IMG/VR virus record: IMGVR_UViG_3300020442_000339
Location: 1-36,329 of that record
DNA: 36,329 bases
Reading direction: 5' to 3' (one strand)
DNA from: a virus
Taxonomy: Duplodnaviria > Caudoviricetes
Below the pieces are notes generated by a model. It searched no databases. It worked only from the letters and a program-made list of their open reading frames with translations, and was not told the DNA's origin. Of the stretch, positions 15,948 through 24,344 are shown one piece after another (the stretch's first letter is position 1; every line of letters starts with the position of its first letter). A program made the position numbers and the translations under genes.

Positions 15948-16371
15948 TCACCATACCAATTACTGTTGTACCCACTATACCAGTATTACTGGTAGGAGTC
16001 AAGGGTCTAATCATAGGTGTAACCACTTGTGCAACTGCCACAAGAGTTGCCAAGACAGCACCAGCACCAACAACAAACTTCTGATTGGAGTCAACCTTCT
16101 TTTGAATTCTATCAATCCTATCGTGGATAATTCTAGAGTTCTTTTCTTCTTGTTCTTTCAACTCATCAATCATTTTGATGATGAGATCGTCAGTCCTTTC
16201 ACTCTCGTCTAGTCTATTCTCATGGCGTTCGAGAATGACAGCGATCTTGTTACTATTGTCGGAGATAGTACCTACGGCTCTCTCAAGTTTATCCAACATT
16301 TCCTTGGATAAATCTTCGTAGATAGATAACTTTGACTCCAGCACTGCAAGTTTGCCTAGTCCAAATGCCAT
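15910..16371 (-). CDS. Coiled-coil protein with C-terminal membrane segment
   Basis: Heptad pattern, then FVVGAGAVLATLVAVAQVV. Confidence 0.8.
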   Translation of the reverse strand: MAFGLGKLAVLESKLSIYEDLSKEMLDKLERAVGTISDNSNKIAVILERHENRLDESERTDDLIIKMIDELKEQEEKNSRIIHDRIDRIQKKVDSNQKFVVGAGAVLATLVAVAQVVTPMIRPLTPTSNTGIVGTTVIGMVNELPGQQVRQFS

Positions 16372-16382
16372 GGGATTCCTTG

Positions 16383-17105
16383 TCAGACGTTGCGGATAGC
16401 AAAGTCAAGGGCAGACTGATAGGTAGCAGCATCTTTGTTCAGCATGTAGCGGAACTGGGTCTGTTGCTCATCAGGCAGTTGTGCATAGCAAGCAGCGATA
16501 CGCTTCGCTGAAAAATTGTCCAGGTTCTGTTCGGATCCATCACCGAATGTGATCTTGGCGAAGGATGCTTCCCCTGTTGGGTTGAGTTCAGAAGTTGCAA
16601 CCTGTAGTGCAACGTCTAGAGCGTCCTGTTGTGCAGTGTTTTCAGTAATCATGTTAGTAGTCACTTCAGTTTCTTCTTTCTTGAGTTTCTTGGTTTGATC
16701 GGATGCTTTCTTTTTGAAGTCAGACATACGTGCCTTCATCAAAGTATCCATCTCTTTAGTTTTATTTTGCATCTTTGCTTTCGCTTCGCCGCGCTTCTTC
16801 TGCAGATCTTTAGCACGGTTCAGTTTTTTCATCTGACCGATCTGCTTCTGTGCTCTCTCGGTTTCCGAGGGCACTGCTTCAGAAATAGTTTGGGATTCTA
16901 GTTCTTCTTTCATTTTCTTACGGGACTGTATACGAGAGAGCATAGATTTCGCACCCTTGGTGCGACCGTCTACCTTGTCTTGATTTGCTTTCTTATATCT
17001 ACGGTGAGACTTTGGGTTAACAAAGACGAACGCAGGCGGCATCTGCAAAGCAGCGCCGTCACCTGCCATCATTTCATTTACAGTAGATTTAGATTCTTCA
17101 GACAT
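16383..17105 (-). CDS. Lys/Glu-rich hypothetical protein
   Basis: 240-aa ORF, VDGRTKG motif. Confidence 0.8.
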   Translation of the reverse strand: MSEESKSTVNEMMAGDGAALQMPPAFVFVNPKSHRRYKKANQDKVDGRTKGAKSMLSRIQSRKKMKEELESQTISEAVPSETERAQKQIGQMKKLNRAKDLQKKRGEAKAKMQNKTKEMDTLMKARMSDFKKKASDQTKKLKKEETEVTTNMITENTAQQDALDVALQVATSELNPTGEASFAKITFGDGSEQNLDNFSAKRIAACYAQLPDEQQTQFRYMLNKDAATYQSALDFAIRNV

Positions 17106-17434
17106 TCTTGATCAACGTCGATGTTTAGACTTTCGGGTAAACGATTCAGGACCAACATGAATGCTTTCAATGTGGACCAGTGTTTCGCCTCTATCTTATA
17201 AAACAACAGAGGCGTGGCAGCATCATCAAATACATTGTACATGACGATAATGTGGTTTAGGATGAGATGAACCTTCAACTCACCGTGCATTTCATAACGA
17301 CGAAATAAACGTTTGACGCACTTAATCTTATTTAGATCTTTTTTAAAGTCGTCAAACGTAACCGAGTTCGGGTTATTATAATTTTGTATAGCAAACATCA
17401 ACCAGTTGTCCTGGTTCAACTCATCGAACTTCAT
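17078..17434 (-). CDS. Conserved T4-like hypothetical protein
   Basis: FAIQNYNNP..HLILNHIIVMYNVF. Confidence 0.85.
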   Translation of the reverse strand: MKFDELNQDNWLMFAIQNYNNPNSVTFDDFKKDLNKIKCVKRLFRRYEMHGELKVHLILNHIIVMYNVFDDAATPLLFYKIEAKHWSTLKAFMLVLNRLPESLNIDVDQECLKNLNLL

Positions 17435-17439
17435 TTAGA

Positions 17440-18027
17440 TCATTCTGCAGTTGTTAGAACTGCGGTAGCGGATGTGAGTTCTGCACCACCATTAGTGGAG
17501 TTGAGTTTAACTCTGTAGGATCCAGCATGATCCGCATCTGCATAAGAAGCAATAGCATAAGATGCACTAGTTGCACCAGAGATATTGGTCCAGCGACCTG
17601 CTGCAGATAGTTTCTGCCACTGATAGGTAAGAACAGAAGCGTCACCAGGAGGTGTAGCAGTACCAACAACCGAGAGGGTGTGAGCATCACCAACAGTAAC
17701 TTCAGCAGTTGCAGGTTGAGTACCAATCGCAAGTGTTACAGATACATCTGCTGCAGCTGCGTCATCTGCCTGGGTCTCATTTGCATTTGCTTCAGGATCA
17801 GCAATGGTTACCAGCATCTCTGCCTTATGACGGGTGTTACCTTCACAATCAGTGTAGGTATAGTAAGACCACCAACCAGGAGCATTCAAACCACGCGCTT
17901 TGTTTTCAGCGAGTGCTGCTTCTGTGTCGTCGATAAAAAGAATTTGCTTTGCTTGGGACGATGGCGATACTCCAATACCTGCTTTGGTCTTGTTAGCATT
18001 GCTGTCCGTCTTTCCGTATAAGGACAT
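17440..18027 (-). CDS. Ig-like domain virion/decoration protein
   Basis: TQP..LTYQWQK..ISGATSASY..GSYRV..SATAVLT; late promoter upstream. Confidence 0.85.
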   Translation of the reverse strand: MSLYGKTDSNANKTKAGIGVSPSSQAKQILFIDDTEAALAENKARGLNAPGWWSYYTYTDCEGNTRHKAEMLVTIADPEANANETQADDAAAADVSVTLAIGTQPATAEVTVGDAHTLSVVGTATPPGDASVLTYQWQKLSAAGRWTNISGATSASYAIASYADADHAGSYRVKLNSTNGGAELTSATAVLTTAE

Positions 18028-18058
18028 GGGTTCAAGTTGCTATGGTTTAGTCTGAATA

Positions 18059-18066
18059 TATTTATA
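18059..18066 (-). promoter_or_regulatory. T4-type late promoter
   Basis: Perfect TATAAATA. Confidence 0.85.
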
Positions 18067-18096
18067 AAAAAAGGGAGAGGCACACTACCTCCCCCT
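18066..18096 (-). terminator. Rho-independent terminator
   Basis: AGGGGGAGGT-AGTGT-GCCTCTCCCT plus T tract. Confidence 0.8.
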
Positions 18097-18104
18097 AGTA
18101 TTAA

Positions 18105-18305
18105 TCACTCTTCGCGAGCTTTAATTGCTGCAGTAACTGCTTCTAGAAGTTGATCGTCCATGTCAGTCTTGGTTAGTTTGACTGCTTTACCTAGGATAAC
18201 TAGGCAGATATCGATCAACTTTTCTCCGAGCTCTTCGTTCTCGGGAATCTTTGCGACAGCATCAGTAATAATCTTTGATGCCAATGGGAGTAAGAATGCT
18301 AGCAT
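18105..18305 (-). CDS. Small helical hypothetical protein
   Basis: MLAFLLPLASKII..TKTDMDDQLL; CTAAATA at 18332-18338. Confidence 0.8.
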   Translation of the reverse strand: MLAFLLPLASKIITDAVAKIPENEELGEKLIDICLVILGKAVKLTKTDMDDQLLEAVTAAIKAREE

Positions 18306-18334
18306 GATTTTAGGGGCATAGTATACCCCTGTAT

Positions 18335-18496
18335 TTAGTCTGCCTTCTTCTGACTCTTCATTGCCTTAAGAATGTACTTCTTATTTTTCTTGGAGTTCTC
18401 TTTATCCTCGGCAGCACCATCTTTAATTTGAGGCATCACCTCAACGGTTGCACCTTTCTTTGCAGGCTTGTCGTCGCATCCGCAAGCCTCATTCAC
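18335..18496 (-). CDS. 53-codon -1 frame extension of the upstream gene (or a GTG-started ORF)
   Basis: VNEACGCDDKPAKKGATVEVMPQIKDGAAEDKENSKKNKKYILKAMKSQKKAD. Confidence 0.7.
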   Translation of the reverse strand: MNEACGCDDKPAKKGATVEVMPQIKDGAAEDKENSKKNKKYILKAMKSQKKAD

Positions 18497-18519
18497 TTTT
18501 TTTCTTCTTCGATCTCCTT
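18464..18519 (-). other. Programmed -1 ribosomal frameshift signal
   Basis: AAGGAG, 11 nt, A_AAA_AAG, 6 nt, AGGCTTG/CAAGCCT stem. Confidence 0.7.
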
Positions 18520-19227
18520 GCGAAGTTCTGCCTGCTCCTTCATCTTCTTCTTGGTGTTGATGATCTTGGAGACCTTCTTACGACGTGCTAGAAGATACTT
18601 GTCAGACTTATCGTGGTCACCATCGTTGTCGATGTCCTTGTCTTCCTTGCCTACGGGATCGAGTTTCTTCTCGGAGATCTCTTCACCTTCGGGTTCAAAT
18701 CCTGCCTTGACACAGTTGTCAACAGTCTTGCCACCCTTCTTCTTGGTGCCAGCGAGTTTGTATCCCTTCCAGCAAGCCTTACCATCGAGACCTTTTTTCT
18801 TACCTTCTTCGATTACTTCTCTTTCAAAGGTGAAAGTTTCACCATTGAGTTCAAAGGATACTTCTTCTTTCTTCACCTTTGTAGTATCTCTAATCTCTGC
18901 ACCATGAGATTGCTTGACACCAGCACCTGTACGTAGGTCTGTTGCTGGGTCGGGAGCACCCGCTCCCTCCTTGGGATCCTTGGTTGCAAAGTTATCTTCG
19001 CCACCTTTCTTCTGAACTTCTGGGATAGAAGTAGATGCATCAGCACCACCTGCAGGACCAGGTGCTCCCAGTTCTTTCTTCTCTGGTGCTGGGATAGCAG
19101 TTGCGCTTTCCTCTAGTGTGGACTGTTGGAATCCTGCTCCACCCATCCACTTTGTATAGGAATCCATCAATGCCTCTGAATAGGCATCATTATGTTGAAC
19201 ACTATTGACTGGTTTCTGTCTTTCCAT
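18493..19227 (-). CDS. Low-complexity charged protein with CWKGY and DxDxDG modules
   Basis: ACWKGYK..KKGGKTVDNCV and KLDPVGKEDKDIDNDGDHDKSD. Confidence 0.85.
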   Translation of the reverse strand: MERQKPVNSVQHNDAYSEALMDSYTKWMGGAGFQQSTLEESATAIPAPEKKELGAPGPAGGADASTSIPEVQKKGGEDNFATKDPKEGAGAPDPATDLRTGAGVKQSHGAEIRDTTKVKKEEVSFELNGETFTFEREVIEEGKKKGLDGKACWKGYKLAGTKKKGGKTVDNCVKAGFEPEGEEISEKKLDPVGKEDKDIDNDGDHDKSDKYLLARRKKVSKIINTKKKMKEQAELRKEIEEEKK

Positions 19228-19477
19228 TATTGAAAATACTACTTTTCCTTTCTTTATTTATCGTATCAACTACTTGCACAGCGCGGATGTCTTTTACCCA
19301 CGCTCTAAACATCTCACCAGACTCGGTAATTGCGATGACATAGTTAACACCAGACCTATGTATAACACCTTTCTGACCAGTAAGTGCATTGAAGATAGTA
19401 TCACCTTCAGCAAACGTATCCGTCTGCCTATGCTGCTGACGAACTGCTTGCTCACGTAACTTTTTGAAGTCTTTCAT
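19202..19477 (-). CDS. Small SH3-like hypothetical protein
   Basis: FAEGD..GVIHRSGVNYVIAITESGEMFRAWVKDI. Confidence 0.8.
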   Translation of the reverse strand: MKDFKKLREQAVRQQHRQTDTFAEGDTIFNALTGQKGVIHRSGVNYVIAITESGEMFRAWVKDIRAVQVVDTINKERKSSIFNNGKTETSQ

Positions 19478-20037
19478 TTAAAATTAGCTGGTAGTGCTTG
19501 TTTGATTTCCATCATCATTGCCATACAATCTTTATCATTCAAAGCTCTAGGTATACCAGATCTAAATGTTTTGAAGTCGCCAGCAAATGCTGCTCGACGC
19601 ATCTTTGTTCCTGAAATAGCAAAAGTATCTCCGTCAGCATCTCTACTGCCAGAAGATTTGATCTCAAGTTTCCTAAAAGAGAACTCGGTTCCGTTGTATT
19701 TATGGAGGAATGACATGGCGTTGACCCTATCAGAACCTACAAGGAACACTGCCTCATTATACCCTGCCATCATAAGGTCTTGTAAGATCTCCACGGGTTG
19801 TTTAGGACCCGAAAAGATTTTACCCTTATGTTCTGGGAACATCTTCTCCATGTAGAATAGTTTACGATCAGGTGCGAGGGGATTCTTTCCTTTAGTGTCG
19901 TGGGATTGAGAAATATAAATGCGATAATCGTGTCGTCCTGCTGCACGTTTCACTCCGTCAAAGTTTTCTTTATGTCCTGTAGTAGGTGGTTGGAATCTGC
20001 CGAAAGTAAAGTAGCAGGTCTTACAGTTTAACGCCAT
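19474..20037 (-). CDS. Cytidylyltransferase-like (HIGH superfamily) nucleotidyltransferase
   Basis: TFGRFQPPTTGH, VGSDR, ISGTKMR. Confidence 0.9.
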   Translation of the reverse strand: MALNCKTCYFTFGRFQPPTTGHKENFDGVKRAAGRHDYRIYISQSHDTKGKNPLAPDRKLFYMEKMFPEHKGKIFSGPKQPVEILQDLMMAGYNEAVFLVGSDRVNAMSFLHKYNGTEFSFRKLEIKSSGSRDADGDTFAISGTKMRRAAFAGDFKTFRSGIPRALNDKDCMAMMMEIKQALPANFK

Positions 20038-21221
20038 TGCTTTTGTATCGTGAAGTTGTTGTAGGCAAACTCAAAGCGATTGACAAACTTAATCATGCTG
20101 CCATCTTTGTGCATAACATATCCTTCAGGTGTCGTCACCTTATATCCATTGTCTGTCTGGACATAGGTTCTGAACTCTTCTAGGTGGTCCAGTTTATCTA
20201 TAACCATTTGCTTAAGGTCTTGCAACTCTTTGTACAGAGCAATCATTGCTTTAAACTTGTAGACATTATCTAGGAGATAGTTCTCACTCTGATATACCAG
20301 AGCACACTTCTTGGTTCTGTTAGCAACTGTCTTGATCTTTGCCAACTCCTTCTGCATCTTCTCATCGTAGAAGTTTACCAGGGCATTGACCGTTTCGTCC
20401 ACGTTCGTAATTTGTGTACCAGCTCTAACTTCTGAATTGAAGAACTGTTTGATGTATGTAGAGATGTGGAATTTCTTATCGCCTGTGCTACCCATATTGG
20501 AAACAAGATCGTCAAGAAAATCACCAGCAAGGGAACACATACGTTCGATCTTTTGTACATGGTTGTCAAAGCGTTGTAATTCTTGTTGACTAAAACCAAC
20601 TCGATTCATTGGCGTATCATTCTTGATCACCAATGCATCTTGAGAACCAGTAACATCTGCACCTGCTCTTGCCTGCATCTCCGACAAGATATCTCCAGTG
20701 TAATGTGTGTGGAATACCACTCCTATTTTAGCAGTCTTCGCTGCTTTTCCAATAGGATGATCTGTGGGTATACCATATGTAATAGTATTAGGACGGAAAG
20801 TGTACAGTCTTTCACCATTTACCGTCTCTGTTTTCAAGTCACTTGTAAACAAGAGGTCACCTTGCACGACACCCTTGATACCTAGTTGACTAAAGTATCT
20901 TAAAGAGAACTTTAGTTTCTCTGCCAGGTCACCAGAGTACAGCATGTCGATCTTTGCTTCTGATGCACAGATTTTTGGTTCTGTTTTGTTGAACACAGAC
21001 TTGGTTCCAACAAAGAAGTACCCATGCTCTGGATGTGTACCACAGATAACAGACGGAGCACCATCCCATTTAGTTTGCATGAAACCTTGAGACTCCTGAT
21101 GACCTAACATCTTGCGAAGTTCTTTCAGGAAAGAGACTGCTGCTTTGCATCCATCGACGCCGTAGTTTAGCATCTCATCTTCCAGGTGCTCTAGGTGCTT
21201 GAGCTGTTTAATGTTGGACAT
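20028..21221 (-). CDS. DUF6267-like protein with ligase-type nucleotidyltransferase motifs
   Basis: HLEHLED, TKWDGAP, QGDLLF, PEGYV, KFVNRFEF. Confidence 0.75.
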   Translation of the reverse strand: MSNIKQLKHLEHLEDEMLNYGVDGCKAAVSFLKELRKMLGHQESQGFMQTKWDGAPSVICGTHPEHGYFFVGTKSVFNKTEPKICASEAKIDMLYSGDLAEKLKFSLRYFSQLGIKGVVQGDLLFTSDLKTETVNGERLYTFRPNTITYGIPTDHPIGKAAKTAKIGVVFHTHYTGDILSEMQARAGADVTGSQDALVIKNDTPMNRVGFSQQELQRFDNHVQKIERMCSLAGDFLDDLVSNMGSTGDKKFHISTYIKQFFNSEVRAGTQITNVDETVNALVNFYDEKMQKELAKIKTVANRTKKCALVYQSENYLLDNVYKFKAMIALYKELQDLKQMVIDKLDHLEEFRTYVQTDNGYKVTTPEGYVMHKDGSMIKFVNRFEFAYNNFTIQKQWR

Positions 21222-22240
21222 TACTCTGACTCTACCCCCTTATCGATAGAACCTGGCCAAGGAGCAACACTCATCTTCAGTCCTGTTGCTAACTGTGTAC
21301 CAGAGAACTTAAATCTGATCTGAACAATCTGTTTGTCGCCTGCTTTTACACCGATAGTATAACCATCATCACCCCCTAGGTTCTCATACTTGAGTGGTTT
21401 ATTTTTTCTTACCAGTGCCTCAAACTTTGCATTGCCTAGTGGGTCATCTACTGTTGCCTGAACATTTGTTATAGTTTTATCAGATCTACCAGTCACCTTG
21501 ACATACTTGGGCAACTTATCTGTGTCCAACAACTCGTCAAGGATATACATTTTGATGTCAATATCACCCATCTTGGTAAATGCATCCTTCAAAATGTCTC
21601 TACATCCACCAAGAATGAATTTAGTATACTTGTCATTGACAACCTTAAATTCTGGATCATCTTTCAATGCTTTTACTTTCTCTTTATTGAGATACTTACC
21701 AGAATATGGGACACTAGACTCCTTATGTGCTGCTGCAACACCTTCTTCCAGTAACTTTTGGAACACGCCAGGTTGACCAATGAAGTCTTCGATCTTACCC
21801 ATGCCTGGGTTCTTCACAGGTGCCTCTTGAGTCAGTGTTTTGAGCAAAGATTTAGCAGATAACCCTAGATAAGGATCATCATATCTAGTTGATGATTTAA
21901 ATTTTACCAACACGTCAGTGGGATTGTTCTTACTCTCCTTCACATAGGTAGACGTGTACTTACCAGGTAAACTTCTGTAATTAAAAGACGATTTGGCAGT
22001 CCAATATACCTTATCTACACCAGTATATCCATGCTTACCCGCCCACTCTAGAAACTTGTCTGCCATGACTTCTGCCTGGGCAATACGAGCTTTCAATTCA
22101 TCAGGTTTTTTAGACAGTTTTGCTACACGGTCATCATAAACTCCCTTGTCCGTAGCATCCAGACCACCAGTCCATTTCTGTCCATTAAGATACCAGGCAC
22201 AGTGCAGTTCATTGACATCAGCACTAATATTTTCTGCCAT
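21221..22240 (-). CDS. Restriction endonuclease-like PD-(D/E)xK protein
   Basis: N-terminal NE helix, NPTDVLVKF..LGLSAKS. Confidence 0.6.
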   Translation of the reverse strand: MAENISADVNELHCAWYLNGQKWTGGLDATDKGVYDDRVAKLSKKPDELKARIAQAEVMADKFLEWAGKHGYTGVDKVYWTAKSSFNYRSLPGKYTSTYVKESKNNPTDVLVKFKSSTRYDDPYLGLSAKSLLKTLTQEAPVKNPGMGKIEDFIGQPGVFQKLLEEGVAAAHKESSVPYSGKYLNKEKVKALKDDPEFKVVNDKYTKFILGGCRDILKDAFTKMGDIDIKMYILDELLDTDKLPKYVKVTGRSDKTITNVQATVDDPLGNAKFEALVRKNKPLKYENLGGDDGYTIGVKAGDKQIVQIRFKFSGTQLATGLKMSVAPWPGSIDKGVESE

Positions 22241-22273
22241 AAAAAATACCTCCCCTAGTATTTAGAGGAGGTA
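22241..22273 (-). promoter_or_regulatory. Hairpin sequestering the RBS, with late promoter CTAAATA in its loop (also terminator-like)
   Basis: TACCTCCTCTA-AATAC-TAGGGGAGGTA-TTTTTT-ATG. Confidence 0.7.
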
Positions 22274-22279
22274 TGAAGG

Positions 22280-22477
22280 TTAGGTAGATTCTTTACCAAG
22301 ATACTCGTGGTTAAGTGTGTAGTTGTGCTTGTGCTCTTTGGTGAGGAGGTAGTATCCAATGATGTTACTACCGTCATCACGCCACCCATACCCGATCAGT
22401 GCTTCTTTGATGCCATTCCAATCGGGTGTCTTGTCACTGTGCAGATAGTGGTTAAACTTCTCATGCAGATTGATCAT
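22280..22477 (-). CDS. Hypothetical protein
   Basis: 65-aa ORF filling the gap. Confidence 0.7.
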   Translation of the reverse strand: MINLHEKFNHYLHSDKTPDWNGIKEALIGYGWRDDGSNIIGYYLLTKEHKHNYTLNHEYLGKEST

Positions 22478-22543
22478 AGGGTGGTTGCGTCTGTATATAT
22501 TTTATCAGGAAACCAGCACAAATGTGGATCTCTTAATGAATTT

Positions 22544-22948
22544 TTAACGATCATCCTCGGCACGGTGTTCGGAGTAGTAGATGTCAAACTGCCCACCAGG
22601 ATACCGCTTCTCCAGTTTCTTGACGTTAGTCTCGATCACTTCCTCAAAGGAGACACCCAGTGCTTGAGTTGCTTGAGCGACATACCACAGCAGGTCACCC
22701 AGTTCAATGATCATGTGCTCTCGGTTGTCCTCATTAAAGGGTTTACCTTGGAACACCATCTTCTTAATGATCTCCAAGAACTCACCACCTTCAGCATTGA
22801 TCCCAACACCAGCAGTAAGAAGACGCTCAATGTTGGCACCCTTTCTATCAAGTTCAACAATGCGGTCAGCAAAGTCAACAAAGTTTGTTGAAGCATCGGA
22901 CGTAACACCCGATACAAACTTTTCATAGCGTGAGAAATTGATTGTCAT
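22544..22948 (-). CDS. mazG: MazG nucleotide pyrophosphohydrolase
   Basis: EGGEFLEIIKK, ELGDLLWY, NVKKLEKRYP. Confidence 0.95.
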   Translation of the reverse strand: MTINFSRYEKFVSGVTSDASTNFVDFADRIVELDRKGANIERLLTAGVGINAEGGEFLEIIKKMVFQGKPFNEDNREHMIIELGDLLWYVAQATQALGVSFEEVIETNVKKLEKRYPGGQFDIYYSEHRAEDDR

Positions 22949-22949
22949 G

Positions 22950-24344
22950 TTAGATTACGAATTGAGAGAATTTGTCTAGTCTAGATTGCCTGTCGGAGAT
23001 GTCCTCCAGGCGGTCGAAGGTCTCCTCTTCAGGAGTGTCAGAAGTGATGTCTGCGTCAGTGTCATCAACATTATACAACTTCATCTTCGACCTGTCAATC
23101 CCCACCGTGAAACGACGGTAATAGGTGAGGTCGTTGTATCTGTTCTTAAGTTGTTTAACAATAATGCGACCTGACTTCTCAAGTTCTTCAGTAGATATGA
23201 GAGCGAGCATAAGGTCAGCAGTGGCGGGTAGACCAAAAGACTCACTAGTATCAGTGAGATCGACATCACTATTGCCGAAACCACTACGAGTGGTTTGAGT
23301 AGCAGATACAATAGGAAGGTCATGCTCGACAGCAAGACCACGAAGCTCTTCTGCAATCGCTTTGACATAGGTATATGAATTGACAATGTGACCTTTGTAG
23401 CGAGACGAGGCACAGATATTCAGATAGTCAATGAAGATGATGTTAGGACGGAAGTCTTTCTTCAAAGCGAGATCACTCAACAATGATTTGAAGTGACCAG
23501 AGTGTGCAGATGCAGTAGGATACTCCTTGATAATAAGTTTACCTTGAGATTTCCTACCGATCTCATTGACTCGATTCTCGAAGATTGTTTGAGGCATTGT
23601 AGCAATGTCTTTGATATTGACGTTCAACAAGTTAGCGTCAATACGTTCAGCAATCTTCTCTTCTGCCATCTCCAGTGTGATGTACAGCACGTTGAATCCA
23701 ATGGATAAACATGATGCTGCCATGTGACACATGAACAAAGACTTACCTACGCCTGTGCCTGCGAGTGCAATGTTCAGTGACTTGTTAGGCAGACCACCTT
23801 TGGTAATGACATTCAGTTTCTCAATGTCAAATGGAATCTTGTTCTCTTCCAGGTGGTAGTAATCATATCGATCAGTTACCTGCTCGATGTAGTCGTGTCC
23901 GATGTGTTCGTCGAACGATACTGCGAGAGCGTTCTGTAGAATTGAGGGGATCGCATCCTTTGATACTTCCTTATCACCTCCTCCCTCTGCGATTTTGATA
24001 GACTCAAGTAGGGCGTTGTAGACTGCCCTCTCCTGACACCACTTCTCCGTAGTGTCAACCAACCACTTCGTCTCGATATAATCTTCAGACATCTTGTCCA
24101 AAGACGAGACACATTCACCATGAGTTTCTTCAGTAAGGTCATTACGTTGATTGAGATTGATAATTAGGACTTCTTTAGTCGGATACTTATCATACTTGTT
24201 AGAAAAATCTTGAATCTCTTCAAAGAGAACTCGCTCTGATAATTCTTGAAAGTATTCTCCCTTGATGAAGGGAACTACCTTACGAAAATACTCCTCATTG
24301 CAAAGCAGGTTCCTCAAAATTGAGAGTTCAAGCTTCTCCGTCAT
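22950..24344 (-). CDS. gp41: Replicative helicase (T4 gp41-like)
   Basis: AGTGVGKS, YITLEMAEE, IDYLNIC, SESFGLPATAD. Confidence 0.97.
   Translation of the reverse strand: MTEKLELSILRNLLCNEEYFRKVVPFIKGEYFQELSERVLFEEIQDFSNKYDKYPTKEVLIINLNQRNDLTEETHGECVSSLDKMSEDYIETKWLVDTTEKWCQERAVYNALLESIKIAEGGGDKEVSKDAIPSILQNALAVSFDEHIGHDYIEQVTDRYDYYHLEENKIPFDIEKLNVITKGGLPNKSLNIALAGTGVGKSLFMCHMAASCLSIGFNVLYITLEMAEEKIAERIDANLLNVNIKDIATMPQTIFENRVNEIGRKSQGKLIIKEYPTASAHSGHFKSLLSDLALKKDFRPNIIFIDYLNICASSRYKGHIVNSYTYVKAIAEELRGLAVEHDLPIVSATQTTRSGFGNSDVDLTDTSESFGLPATADLMLALISTEELEKSGRIIVKQLKNRYNDLTYYRRFTVGIDRSKMKLYNVDDTDADITSDTPEEETFDRLEDISDRQSRLDKFSQFVI

Noticed and set aside
18086-18102. TACCTCCCC(C)TAGTATT shared with 22247-22262
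   Set aside because: Only two short copies in different hairpin contexts; cannot be distinguished from chance
22307-22891. Long plus-strand ORFs opposite core genes (also 14023-14598, 32349-33005 and others)
   Set aside because: Antisense shadows of well-supported minus-strand genes, with no motifs
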